Positions 28,655-37,849 of a DNA stretch of 64,000 nt are shown piece after piece. Within the stretch, counting starts at the first letter, position 1, and each line of letters opens with the position of its first letter. The translations under genes and the position numbers were made by a program. A model generated the notes under the pieces. That model was not told the origin of the DNA, ran no database searches, and saw only the letters and a list, made by a program, of their open reading frames with translations. This stretch comes from Thermomicrobiales bacterium (GTDB lineage: Bacteria; Chloroflexota; Chloroflexia; Thermomicrobiales; UBA6265). The DNA lies in the NCBI GenBank assembly GCA_042408955.1, contig JBHOQQ010000070.1, positions 3,795 to 67,794 on the forward strand. Reading direction: 5' to 3'.

Positions 28655-28735
28655 GCAGGCAGCAGCGAGGAGGGCAGATGAGGCCGCGGCGAAACGCTGC
28701 CTATTGCGGCCTGCGAGCGCTTCCCGTGGTGCTCG

Positions 28736-29005
28736 TCAGAGGCGGGCAAATCCCTGGTGACCAACCACGGGGCCAGGCCAGGATTCGACATGATCGACGC
28801 GGGCCGACGGGGGGCCATGCCGGCACCATCGGAGAAATTCGTCGATTGCCCGTGGCTCCCCTTCGACCTCGATGAAGACCGTGCCATCTGGCTCGTTGCG
28901 GGCAAAGCCGGTCAGGCCGAGGCGAAGCGCCTCCCGGCGAGCGGCTTGCCGGAAATTCACGCCTTGGACAAGCCCGTGAACACGGATATTCAAATGCGCT
29001 GTCAC
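28736..29005 (-). CDS. acyP: Acylphosphatase
   Basis: RVHGLVQGVNFRQAARREALRLGLTGFARNEPDGTVFIEVEG. GTG 29005 follows GGAGG and overlaps the cupin stop (GTGA), giving the usual length of about 90 aa. Confidence 0.85.
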   Translation of the reverse strand: MTAHLNIRVHGLVQGVNFRQAARREALRLGLTGFARNEPDGTVFIEVEGEPRAIDEFLRWCRHGPPSARVDHVESWPGPVVGHQGFARL

Positions 29006-29328
29006 CTGACCTCCCGCCGTTGCTCGCTCCAGAAAAAGACACATCCGTTCGGTCCGACCAACGCCGCATGCTCGATGCCGCCTGGAATGATCAGCTTATC
29101 TCCTGGCAAACACCGGTAGACCGCGCCGCCCACCTTGACCTCCATGCTGCCCCGGAGAAAGACCAGCAGCTTGGCTTCCGGGTGGTGATGTGGCGGGTAG
29201 ACGGTGCCAGGCGGGTCGTGAATGAGCAGGGGCGCCCATCCCTCTCGCTCCACGGTGGCGTGCACGGACACCTCATCGAGGTTGGTAAACGCTTGGGGCT
29301 CATAGCGCACGAGCGTCATTCTCATCAT
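29002..29328 (-). CDS. Cupin-domain protein
   Basis: PPHHHPEAKLLVFLRG and IPGGIEH. Start MMRM at 29328 follows GAGGGA. The rest of ORF 29002..29886 is an out-of-frame shadow of the photolyase gene. Confidence 0.75.
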   Translation of the reverse strand: MMRMTLVRYEPQAFTNLDEVSVHATVEREGWAPLLIHDPPGTVYPPHHHPEAKLLVFLRGSMEVKVGGAVYRCLPGDKLIIPGGIEHAALVGPNGCVFFWSEQRREVR

Positions 29329-29365
29329 TCCCTCGCCACTTCCAGGAGTCACGCCAGACAAACTG

Positions 29366-30748
29366 CTACAGTCCCAATCGCTTCTCGCTTTCAGCGAGAT
29401 AGTGCTCAACATCAAATCGCTTGCGCAAGGCATTGATGCCCATCGGCCGGATGAGGCCGGAAATCGGCCGCTCCGGCGGGAAGGGCCGGTCATGCCGCCC
29501 ACCAATGCACCAGGCAATTTGGGCATATCCGTTCGCGTCCCGGCCATCGAGAAAGTAGCGGTCATTGAGCGTAATTGCCACCTCGTGCGCTTCCTCTGGT
29601 GTGCGCGTCCAGCGGAGGATCTGCTTTGCCCAGTACATGCGTAGCACGTTCGGCAGCCAGCCCTCCCGCACCATCTGACGCTGGCAGGCATTCCACAGGC
29701 GGTCATGCGTCTGGCCCGCTGCCAGGACCTCCAGGGTGTAGCAAACTGGGCGCGGATCATCACGGTGCCGATCGAGCGTGCAGCGCCCCCAGGCTGGCAA
29801 GCCGTCGTAGGCATCGTAGTGCGGGTTGCGCAGGCAGAAATTGATCGCGAGCTCCCGTTGCGTGATGAGCTCATCGAGGAACGCATCGACAGCTACCGTT
29901 GGCACTCCTGCCGATTGGGCATCGCGCGCGGCAACTGCGATCTGCAACGGGCTGATGTGTCCAAAGTGCAGATACGGAGAAAGTCGGCTGGTGCTGTCCC
30001 GGTCCGCGCGCAGGCGGTCCTCATGATAGCGGGGCAAGATCGTGGTTACGAAATGGCGTAAGCGGCGTTCTGCCTCGCGCGCCCCTCCTCGGAAGCCATG
30101 AGCGGGAGGAACGGTGCGATCGAGCGGCAGGTGGTCAATGGCGTCGAGCGGATCGGGGCCATCGCGAACCGCTGACGCCACGAAGGCGACAGGATTTGGC
30201 ACCGGTGTCAGCTCCTCATCCAGCCGCCGCCAGAGCTTGGGGCGAATGGTGCGGGGAGCCCATTCCTCGTTTGGCAGGTACCGTGTAGGCACGATCACGT
30301 CGGTTTCCACCGTGAGGAGCGGCACGGAAAGGCCAGCTGCCACGCCCTGCCGCCAGGCGCGTCCCAGCCTGAGCGGGTCATCATCCGTGATCACGGCGAT
30401 CGCACCCAGTTCGGCGGCAAGCGCCGGGATCACCTCAGGTGGCTCGCCAATCCGCAGCACCCACCCAATGCCTCGCTGCGCAAACGCGCGTGGCAGTTCC
30501 TGAAGCCCTTCGGCAAGAAAGTGATAGGCGCGCCAGGTCGCGCGTGGGTACGCGGAAACCAGGCAGAACACAGCCACGACCGGAACGTTAAGCTGGTTGG
30601 CGATCTCGACGGCCACGTTCGCGGCGTGGTTCCACGTGGCTCGCTGTGCGCGCTGCACCCAGAGCAAGACCACGTTCCCGGCCCCGATCTGGCCTGGCCT
30701 CAGGACGGTCACTCGTGGTGATGGCGCCAGAATGCGCACGATATCCAT
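29366..30748 (-). CDS. phr: Deoxyribodipyrimidine photolyase, class II
   Basis: The C-terminal block LWNACQRQMVREGWLPNVLRMYWAKQILRWTRTPEEAHEVAITLNDRYFLDGRDANGYAQIAWCIGGRHDRPF matches the class II CPD-photolyase signature as I remember it from the Methanosarcina enzyme. Confidence 0.85.
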   Translation of the reverse strand: MDIVRILAPSPRVTVLRPGQIGAGNVVLLWVQRAQRATWNHAANVAVEIANQLNVPVVAVFCLVSAYPRATWRAYHFLAEGLQELPRAFAQRGIGWVLRIGEPPEVIPALAAELGAIAVITDDDPLRLGRAWRQGVAAGLSVPLLTVETDVIVPTRYLPNEEWAPRTIRPKLWRRLDEELTPVPNPVAFVASAVRDGPDPLDAIDHLPLDRTVPPAHGFRGGAREAERRLRHFVTTILPRYHEDRLRADRDSTSRLSPYLHFGHISPLQIAVAARDAQSAGVPTVAVDAFLDELITQRELAINFCLRNPHYDAYDGLPAWGRCTLDRHRDDPRPVCYTLEVLAAGQTHDRLWNACQRQMVREGWLPNVLRMYWAKQILRWTRTPEEAHEVAITLNDRYFLDGRDANGYAQIAWCIGGRHDRPFPPERPISGLIRPMGINALRKRFDVEHYLAESEKRLGL

Positions 30749-31000
30749 TGCTTCGCTGGTCCTTTCGCCTCAGGCACGCCCACGGACTCCTCTGGCTCTG
30801 GTGTGACATCTCGATGCCTACCAGGAGCCGCCCTCGACCAATGATGCACCCAATCCGAACCAACGGCGATCGCCGCGTACCAATTGGGTTTGCTAGTCAA
30901 GGTTCGTTGTTCAATACTTGAATAGTCAGAATATGACACCATTGGAAGCCTCGGGAGAATGCAAACGGTGAGATTGCGAGCGGCACGGCAAGGGGGACAC

Positions 31001-31855
31001 ATGCGCTCATGGCTGATCCGTCATCTTTCGTTAACGGCGCTTTTGACGATGCTGGCCGGGTTCGCAGTGCCTGGGCTCGTTCCCACGCTCAATCGAGCCG
31101 CTCATGCCGGTTCCGTAACACTCACCGTCTCGGCGGCGGCCGACCTGATGCCGGCTTTCGAGGAGCTCGGCCAGAAATTCGAGCAACGGACAGGGGTTCA
31201 CGTGGATTTCAACTTCGGCTCGACCGGCCAGCTCGCCCAGCAGATCGAAGCCGGCGCGCCGGTCGATCTCTTTGCCGCCGCCAATGTCTCCTACATTGAT
31301 CAGCTCGAAGCCAAAGGGCTCATCGTGCCCGGCACCAAGGCGGTCTACGCCCGCGGCCGAATCGTCCTCTGGACCCGGCCTGATAGCAGCGTGCCCATCG
31401 AAACCGTGCGTGATCTCCTCAGTCCTCAGATCAAGCGCATCGCGATCGCGAATCCCGATCATGCCCCGTACGGCATTGCCGCGCGCGAGGCGCTGCAATC
31501 CGCTGGCATATGGGAGGCTGTGCAGGACAAGCTGGTCCTCGGCGAAAATGTGCGCGATACCTTGCGATATGCAGAAACCGGGGATGTTGATGTCGCCATT
31601 GTGGCACTCTCGCTGGCAATTCAAGGGAACGGACGATGGACGTTGATTCCACAAGAGCTCCACGCGCCAATCGATCAAGCCCTGGCGGTAATCCGGGGCA
31701 CAAAGCATGAGTCCGAAGCACGCGCGTTCGCCGCGTTCATCAATAGCGACGAAGGGCGGGTAGTCATGCGTCGCTACGGCTTCATTCTCCCTGGGGAATC
31801 CGTCGAAACCGGCACCCCAGTGCCCACCGTGGCTGCGGCCACACCAACCGCTTAG
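31001..31855 (+). CDS. modA: Molybdate ABC transporter substrate-binding protein
   Basis: Signal peptide and FNFGSTGQLAQQIEAGAPVDLFAAAN. ATG 31001 follows GGGGGA. Confidence 0.85.
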   Translation: MRSWLIRHLSLTALLTMLAGFAVPGLVPTLNRAAHAGSVTLTVSAAADLMPAFEELGQKFEQRTGVHVDFNFGSTGQLAQQIEAGAPVDLFAAANVSYIDQLEAKGLIVPGTKAVYARGRIVLWTRPDSSVPIETVRDLLSPQIKRIAIANPDHAPYGIAAREALQSAGIWEAVQDKLVLGENVRDTLRYAETGDVDVAIVALSLAIQGNGRWTLIPQELHAPIDQALAVIRGTKHESEARAFAAFINSDEGRVVMRRYGFILPGESVETGTPVPTVAAATPTA

Positions 31856-31864
31856 CCCCTGCTC

Positions 31865-32509
31865 ATGTGGGAGCCGGCCCGCCTATCTTTGCAAGTCATG
31901 GCCGTGGCCGCCCCGGCGATCGCGGTAGCTGGCCTGCTCTTGGGACTCCTGTTCGCACGCGTCCGCTTTCGCGGCCAGTCGGTCGTGGAGACGGCCGTGA
32001 TGCTGCCGATGATCCTCCCGCCCAGCGTGGTGGGGTATGTGCTGCTTCGCGCGCTGGGACGGGAAGGTCCGCTTCAAGGCTGGCTCGGCATCAACTTGCT
32101 GTTCACTTGGAAAGCCGCGGCGGTTGCCAGCGCCATCGTCGGGCTGCCGTTGATGGTTCAGGCCGCCAAAGTCGGGATCGCCCACGTGGATCACGACATC
32201 GAGCAGGCAGCTATGGTTGATGGGGCATCCCGGCTGCGCATCCTGCTGACGATCACGATCCCACTTGCGCGCCGGGGCATCCTCATCGGTATCCTGTTGG
32301 GCTCCGTCCGTGCCCTTGGAGAGTTCGGTGCCACGCTAGCTGTCGCGGGCAGTATCCCCGGACGGACGCAAACCCTCCCGCTCGCCGTCTACGACGCCAT
32401 GCAGCGCGCCGATTTCTCCCTGGCAAACCGGCTTGCCCTCCTGATGATCGTAATCGGCTATCTTGCCGTCTGGCTCTCGCACCGCCTCTCCGAACGCGCG
32501 GAGTCCTGA
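31865..32509 (+). CDS. modB: Molybdate ABC transporter permease
   Basis: Five-TM ABC TMD with an EAA-like loop (EQAAMVDGASRLRILLTITIPLARRG). Confidence 0.85.
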   Translation: MWEPARLSLQVMAVAAPAIAVAGLLLGLLFARVRFRGQSVVETAVMLPMILPPSVVGYVLLRALGREGPLQGWLGINLLFTWKAAAVASAIVGLPLMVQAAKVGIAHVDHDIEQAAMVDGASRLRILLTITIPLARRGILIGILLGSVRALGEFGATLAVAGSIPGRTQTLPLAVYDAMQRADFSLANRLALLMIVIGYLAVWLSHRLSERAES

Positions 32510-32559
32510 CACGCCGCGCCAGTGGCGCCTCGCTTGAGGCGCGTGATGACGGGATCAGA

Positions 32560-33825
32560 TCACTCCACGCCGCACCACTCAAGCAAGAAAGCGCCCAGTC
32601 CTTTGGCGATCGGGACCAAGGACGTCAGGTCCAGCCACTCATCGGCCGCGTGGGCATTCCCGCCGGCCACGCCATACGTTGTGGCTGGCACCCCTTGGAA
32701 GATGTAGTACCGCATGTCGTTGACGGCCGTGGCGATCCGCCGCTGCAGCGGCTGGCCAGTCGCTCGCTCGTGGGCCCGTGCAAGCACTGACAGGAAGGGC
32801 GCTCCCTCATCCAGGATCACACCTTCCGTCTGGAAGCCATCGTAGATCACCACGGGCGGATGCTCGCGCAGCCAGTCGTCGCCAGCGGCGACGGCGCGGA
32901 TCGTCTCCTCGATCTTCGCGCGCATCTCCGCCACCGAGGTCCCGGGGAAGAAGCTGACCCGGCAATGGAGCACGCAATCGCCTGGCACCGTGCTCGGCCA
33001 GTCTCCCCCCTGAATGACGCCGGCGTTCAGGTTGATCGGGTGAGTGATCCCCTCCCAGAGCGGGTGCACCTGGAGATTGAGCGCCTCGTCAAGATCCCGC
33101 AGCGCGAGCACGATCGGCGCCATCTTGACGATCGCGTTCACTCCTTGCCAGGCATGGCCGGCGTGCGCGGATTTCCCTTCCACCCGGACACGGAACCACA
33201 TGACTCCCAGGTGGGCCGCGGTGTAGGAGCCTCCCTCTGGCTCGGTCACGATCGCCGCATCGGCCCGGTCCCGCAGCGAGGCGGCCAGCGCGCCGTTGCC
33301 GGTGCATTCCTCCTCGATCACGCTGTGCACGATGAGATCGCCCTTGAGCGCAATCCCGAGATCATGCAACAGGCGTGGGAGAAAGAGGTTCAGCGCCACG
33401 CCGCTTTTCATGTCGTAGGCGCCACGCCCGTACATCCGGTCACCAACAATTTCGGCTCCCCACGGGTCATGCGTCCACGCTGAGACCGGCTCCGGGCTGA
33501 CGACATCAATGTGACCGTTCAGGATCAGCGACCGGCCACCGCCAGCGCCTGCCAGCCGGCCGGTGACGTTTGGCCGCCCTGGAAATGGGACGCCGCTCTG
33601 TCCCGCATTCGGCTGGTCCGTGATCGCGTCATCGAGTTCCCAAACGTCAACGGCCAAGCCAGACCGTTGTAAGTGATCGGCCACATACGCGTGCGCCTCG
33701 GCTTCCCGGCCGAGCAGGCTGGGCCGCCGCACGAGATCGGCAACGATTTGCACGAGCTCATCTTCCCGCCGCTCGATCGCATGCCAAAGATCCTGAATTG
33801 CCGCCTCGCCCTGTTCCTTGGCCAT
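32560..33825 (-). CDS. M20-family metallopeptidase/deacylase (ArgE/DapE/CPG2-like)
   Basis: LNGHIDVV, GRGAYDMKSG, IEEECTGNGA. ATG 33825 follows GGGAGGA. Confidence 0.85.
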   Translation of the reverse strand: MAKEQGEAAIQDLWHAIERREDELVQIVADLVRRPSLLGREAEAHAYVADHLQRSGLAVDVWELDDAITDQPNAGQSGVPFPGRPNVTGRLAGAGGGRSLILNGHIDVVSPEPVSAWTHDPWGAEIVGDRMYGRGAYDMKSGVALNLFLPRLLHDLGIALKGDLIVHSVIEEECTGNGALAASLRDRADAAIVTEPEGGSYTAAHLGVMWFRVRVEGKSAHAGHAWQGVNAIVKMAPIVLALRDLDEALNLQVHPLWEGITHPINLNAGVIQGGDWPSTVPGDCVLHCRVSFFPGTSVAEMRAKIEETIRAVAAGDDWLREHPPVVIYDGFQTEGVILDEGAPFLSVLARAHERATGQPLQRRIATAVNDMRYYIFQGVPATTYGVAGGNAHAADEWLDLTSLVPIAKGLGAFLLEWCGVE

Positions 33826-33947
33826 CTGTCCTCCCAATCGCTTGCCCCGTGCCGGTCGCCACATCTGCCGATCGCGTGGCGCCGTGAAGGTTGCCAGCGC
33901 GGTATTGTTTCATGAATAAGGGAGAAAGGTGAATGGGGAGGATTGCG

Positions 33948-35306
33948 ATGCGAGTGGAATTACGACACGTGCCGTGCCCAGCACTTGAGGTGCCGGTCGA
34001 GCGACCGGAGATCAGCGCGGAAGAATATATCCTGCGCGCGCGGATGCTCTATGAGGCGGTTGATCTCGACTGGGTCGCCGTCTATGGCGACCGCGAGCAC
34101 TTCGCGAACCTCATGTGGCTGACCGGGTACGACCCGCGCTTCGAAGAGGCACTGCTTGTCCTCGGGCCGGACGACCGGCGCGTCCTCTTCGTTGGCGTCG
34201 AGGGGGTTGATTACGCGGAGATTGCTGGCTTGCCGGCGGAGATTCGCTTCTATCCCCCGTGGAGCATCGTCGGCCAGCCTCACACCGATAGCCCAACACT
34301 CTCGGAGATGCTGCGGGATATTGGGATGAAGCCAGGCGACCGCGTCGGCATCGTTGGATGGAAGACCGTAGATCCGCGGGAAACCGGCGCTCCAGCGGCG
34401 CCCGCGTTCGTCCCGGCGCTGCTGCCGCGCATCATTGAGCGCGTCACCGGCACCCGCGTGACCGACGTCACCGCCACAATGATTGATCCGGATTCGGGCC
34501 TGCGCACGCGTAACTCGGCGACACAGATCGCCATCTTCGAGTGGGGCGCGGCCCGTGCATCGGCGGCGGTGTTGCGCGTCGTGCGCGGCATCCGGCCAGG
34601 GATGACCGAGCTAGAAGCGGCCGGCCTGTTCGGCTATCAGGGGGAGCCGCTCACCATGCACCCGATCATCACCTCGGGCAGTGGCAAGTTGATCGGCCTG
34701 CGGTCTCCGACCTCGCGGATGATCGCTTCCGGGGACGCGATTTCCGCTGCAATCGGCTATTGGGGCGGCCTGACCTGCCGGGCCGGTTTGGTGAGCGACA
34801 CGCCGGATGACGAGTTTGTGACGCGGTTCGTCCAGCCGTATTTCCGCACCCTCGCCACTTGGTGGATGACGATCGGCATCGGCATCACCGGCGGCGAGGT
34901 GATGGCCGCGATTACGGCTGCCCTTGGCGATGCGCCGTTCCGCTCCTTCGTGAATCCAGGGCATCTGACGTCGTACGACGAGTGGCTGCATTCGCCGGTG
35001 CACGCCGAGAGCACCATCCCGATCGCCTCGGGCATGGTGCTCGCAGCCGACATCATTCCGGCGCCGCTGCCGCCAGGACGAGCGCTCAACTGTGAAGATA
35101 CGGTCGCGATCGCCGGGACTCGCTTGCGGGCGGAACTGGCGGAGCGCTTCCCGGCGGTCTGGGAGAGGATGCAAGCCCGGCGGCGATTCATGACTGACGC
35201 GCTCGGCATCCGGCTGCGGCCAGAGGTTTTGCCGTTATCCATCGCTCCGGCCTATCTGCCACCCTTCTGGCTCGACCCAGAGCTTGTCTGCGTCGTGGCC
35301 GGGTGA
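33948..35306 (+). CDS. Creatinase/aminopeptidase P-like (M24-like) protein; weak assignment
   Basis: 452-aa ORF whose two-domain layout only loosely resembles creatinase/prolidase proteins. ATG 33948 follows GGGGAGG. Confidence 0.45.
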   Translation: MRVELRHVPCPALEVPVERPEISAEEYILRARMLYEAVDLDWVAVYGDREHFANLMWLTGYDPRFEEALLVLGPDDRRVLFVGVEGVDYAEIAGLPAEIRFYPPWSIVGQPHTDSPTLSEMLRDIGMKPGDRVGIVGWKTVDPRETGAPAAPAFVPALLPRIIERVTGTRVTDVTATMIDPDSGLRTRNSATQIAIFEWGAARASAAVLRVVRGIRPGMTELEAAGLFGYQGEPLTMHPIITSGSGKLIGLRSPTSRMIASGDAISAAIGYWGGLTCRAGLVSDTPDDEFVTRFVQPYFRTLATWWMTIGIGITGGEVMAAITAALGDAPFRSFVNPGHLTSYDEWLHSPVHAESTIPIASGMVLAADIIPAPLPPGRALNCEDTVAIAGTRLRAELAERFPAVWERMQARRRFMTDALGIRLRPEVLPLSIAPAYLPPFWLDPELVCVVAG

Positions 35307-35337
35307 TCCTCAGCGCGGCGAGGCCACACCTGCTCAA

Positions 35338-35703
35338 TCAGCACGCGATCGGGACAGCCGGCTGGCCTTCCGGGGGCGCTGGCACGTCGGTCTGCGGAGA
35401 TTGAAAGGAAGCTGGCTCGCCAGCCGGGGCAATGGCGGGTGGGCTAGCCGTGGCTGGGATGCGATAGCAGCCATGAGGAAAGCCGGACACGTAGCCAACA
35501 ACGCTGGTTGGGGTCTGATACCAGCGGATACCGCGACCACCACCACCGTGTGGGCTAAATGCCGCGGGCGACCCCACCGGCTCTGGACTTTCAACCGGAG
35601 ACCAATGCGCGCTCAGCCAAGCGCCAAAGGAGCCGACATTCTCCCCCCGCCATAGAGCCGCCAAATACCGGTCGTAGCTGCGGGCGATCTGGGTAACGTT
35701 CAT
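35338..35703 (-). CDS. Hypothetical protein (121 aa)
   Basis: ATG 35703 with GGAG 7 nt upstream; G/C-rich third positions; no recognisable motif. The longer ORF-track call (to 36039) runs antisense through the tRNA. Confidence 0.35.
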   Translation of the reverse strand: MNVTQIARSYDRYLAALWRGENVGSFGAWLSAHWSPVESPEPVGSPAAFSPHGGGGRGIRWYQTPTSVVGYVSGFPHGCYRIPATASPPAIAPAGEPASFQSPQTDVPAPPEGQPAVPIAC

Positions 35704-35875
35704 GGCGGGACTCCGAATTTTGGAGAAATTGATCAAAATCGTTGGCAAGCCTACCACACCGCTCCTGCCGGGGCAAGCTCGCTCACGAGCCAGGCCGGAC
35801 GACCGGCTCTGCCGTCCAGGCAGGAGCGATCGTGATAAAATAGGTGCGAGCACAGGTGATGCCTGTGCCCTTCCT

Positions 35876-35946
35876 GGCGCCATAGCCAAGCGGTAAGGCA
35901 CGGGTCTGCAAAACCCTGATCGGCGGTTCGAATCCGCCTGGCGCCT
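35876..35946 (+). tRNA. tRNA-Cys (GCA)
   Basis: Folded by hand. Acceptor GGCGCCA/UGGCGCC, D arm GCC..GGC, anticodon loop CUGCAAA, T arm GGCGG-UUCGAAU-CCGCC, discriminator U. 71 nt; 3' CCA is not exactly encoded (CCCA). An extended -10 TGATAAAAT lies at 35833-35841. Confidence 0.9.
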
Positions 35947-35950
35947 CCCA

Positions 35951-35984
35951 GTGGCACTCCGATTGAAGGAGTGCCACGCTTTTT
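35951..35984 (+). terminator. Rho-independent terminator after tRNA-Cys
   Basis: GTGGCACTCC (35951-35960), loop GATTGAA, GGAGTGCCAC (35968-35977), then GC TTTTT. Confidence 0.85.
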
Positions 35985-36014
35985 GAGTCCCGCTGCGCCC
36001 GGAGGCTTTGCTGG

Positions 36015-36605
36015 ATGCCGGCTCACTCTCCTTCGCCAAACCAGCCAGTCGTCATCGCGCAAACGACCGGGTACGCTGGCAAATTGCTCAGGGTTCGCGT
36101 CGATCAGCTCCTGCTCGGTCCCGCTCACACCACCACCCGAGAAATCGTGGAGCACCCGGGCACCGTGGCGATTCTCGCCCTGACCGCCGATCATCACCTC
36201 GTGCTTGTGCGCCAGTATCGTCACGCGGTGGGCTCTGTCTTGGTCGAGATCCCGGCAGGGACGCGCGAAGCCAATGAATCCGCGGCGGAAACTGCCCAGC
36301 GGGAACTCATCGAGGAAACTGGCTATGCGCCGGGCGAGCTTCGCGAGATCCTCTCGTTCTACCCGTCACCCGGATACTCTGCAGAGTCCATCACCATCTT
36401 CCTTGCGACGGCGTGCACGCCGGCCTCGCCGCGTCCAACCGGGGACGATGCGGGCGAGGTTCTGCTGGTGCCAGTGACCGAGCTAGCTCACCTCCTGGCA
36501 CCGGGGCCCGATCAGGTTCACGACGGCAAGACCTTGATCGGTCTTTCCTGGCTGATGACCCAGGGATTGGCAACGCCAAGCCGTGGGGACGCGCCCAACG
36601 AGTAA
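36015..36605 (+). CDS. NUDIX hydrolase (ADP-ribose pyrophosphatase-like)
   Basis: Nudix box GTREANESAAETAQRELIEETGY. Confidence 0.85.
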   Translation: MPAHSPSPNQPVVIAQTTGYAGKLLRVRVDQLLLGPAHTTTREIVEHPGTVAILALTADHHLVLVRQYRHAVGSVLVEIPAGTREANESAAETAQRELIEETGYAPGELREILSFYPSPGYSAESITIFLATACTPASPRPTGDDAGEVLLVPVTELAHLLAPGPDQVHDGKTLIGLSWLMTQGLATPSRGDAPNE

Positions 36606-37026
36606 GCGCGCCATCAGCAACCAGATGTCAGCAGGTCCGGTTGCAGAGCGACAACCTATGCGCTGGCAACGTCCATTTTTCCTGGGACAGCCGGGGCAGG
36701 CACTGGCCCTGATGGCAGCGGCGTCACACCTTACCAAACCAACACTGTTCGTACACCTTGTCTTGGATTGTAATGCCCAGGCCCTACCGTGACTCACAGA
36801 CACATAGTACTTTTCCGCGATGCAACCGCTAGGACCAATTTCGCCATCCGTGTTACCCAAAATCCCTATACCAAATGTCCAGCGCGCTCGTTACGTTTTG
36901 ACCGGGGATCAATGTGACGCGGCTCCATGCTGAGGGGACAGGACACCGGAGACACGGTTCCTGGGGGCGGGCAGGGGCTACGCGGGTGGCCGGTGGGCAT
37001 GTGTAGTGTGGGAGAGGGTGCTGGCA

Positions 37027-37740
37027 ATGTTGAAGCGACGGATCATGCTCGTTGACGATCATCCCATGTATCGGCGGGGGCTGAGACGCCTGCTCGAAGA
37101 ATCTGGCCGGTACCAAGTGGTCGCGGAAGCAGAAAACGGGCATCAGGCCATACATCTCGCCGATGTTCACCATCCGGATGTCGTGATTCTTGACGTCCAG
37201 CTTCCTGGCGTCACAGGGCTCAAGATTGCCCGGGTGATTCGCAGGCAGCAACAGCGCGCTAAGCTCGTCTTTCTCTCAATGCACATCGACGACAATCGCC
37301 TGTTCGACGCCATCCGGGCGGGCGCGGTGGCGTTCCTCACCAAAGACATTGACGGCGAGGCGCTGCTCGATGCGCTACGGCGCGTCGTGATGGGCGAGAA
37401 CCTGATCAATTCGCTCATCCTTTCCCGGCCAAAGTTGGCGTGGCGTGTGTTGTCCGAGTTCCGGCAAATCGCCCAGGATGGCGAAGGGCTCCCTGGCACG
37501 ATGCCGCTGTCGGCACGGGAGATCGAGGTTCTCGACTGTGTCGCGCAGGGGCTCTCGAACAAGGAGATCGCGGACGCCCTCTTTGTGACCGAGCAAACGG
37601 TCAAGAACCATATGACGTCTGTGCTGCGCAAGCTGGACGTGAATGACCGGGTGCAGGCGGTGCTTTACGCTGTCCGGCATGGCTGGATCGAAATCGGCCC
37701 GCAATCCTACGCGGCGGTAGACGTGCCCAAATCCGCCTAG
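37027..37740 (+). CDS. NarL/LuxR-family response regulator (orphan)
   Basis: REC domain (VDDH, ILDVQLPG, LSMH, LTKD) plus LuxR HTH (LSAREIEVLDCVAQGLSNKEIADALFVTEQTVKNHM). ATG 37027 follows GGGAGAGGG. Confidence 0.9.
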   Translation: MLKRRIMLVDDHPMYRRGLRRLLEESGRYQVVAEAENGHQAIHLADVHHPDVVILDVQLPGVTGLKIARVIRRQQQRAKLVFLSMHIDDNRLFDAIRAGAVAFLTKDIDGEALLDALRRVVMGENLINSLILSRPKLAWRVLSEFRQIAQDGEGLPGTMPLSAREIEVLDCVAQGLSNKEIADALFVTEQTVKNHMTSVLRKLDVNDRVQAVLYAVRHGWIEIGPQSYAAVDVPKSA

Positions 37741-37849
37741 GCCAGGAACCTCACGCGGCCGCAGGCTTGAAGCTGCGAACGTTGAGCCTGAAACTTCCTG
37801 TGCCTGGAAGCATCTCGGCCGAACCGGTCAAGCAGGGAGCGAGCGCACG

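Noticed and set aside
29329-29886. N-terminal 186 codons of ORF 29002..29886
   Set aside because: They overlap the class II photolyase gene out of frame. The cupin domain starts at MMRM (29328), which has its own SD.
30749-31000. Moco riboswitch or ModE operator upstream of modA
   Set aside because: I could not recognise the conserved Moco-motif cores or a TATAT-type ModE palindrome. Only a possible promoter (TTGCTA-17-AATACT) is visible.
35876-35946. tRNA-Cys as an integration site of a genomic island
   Set aside because: There is no integrase, no direct repeat of the tRNA 3' end, and no compositional break that I could see on either side. The tRNA has its own promoter and terminator.
35338-36039. 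233-aa minus-strand ORF spanning the tRNA-Cys locus
   Set aside because: Its upstream two thirds run antisense through the tRNA gene and its terminator. Only the 3' 121 codons (35338-35703), which have their own ATG and GGAG, were kept, as a low-confidence hypothetical.
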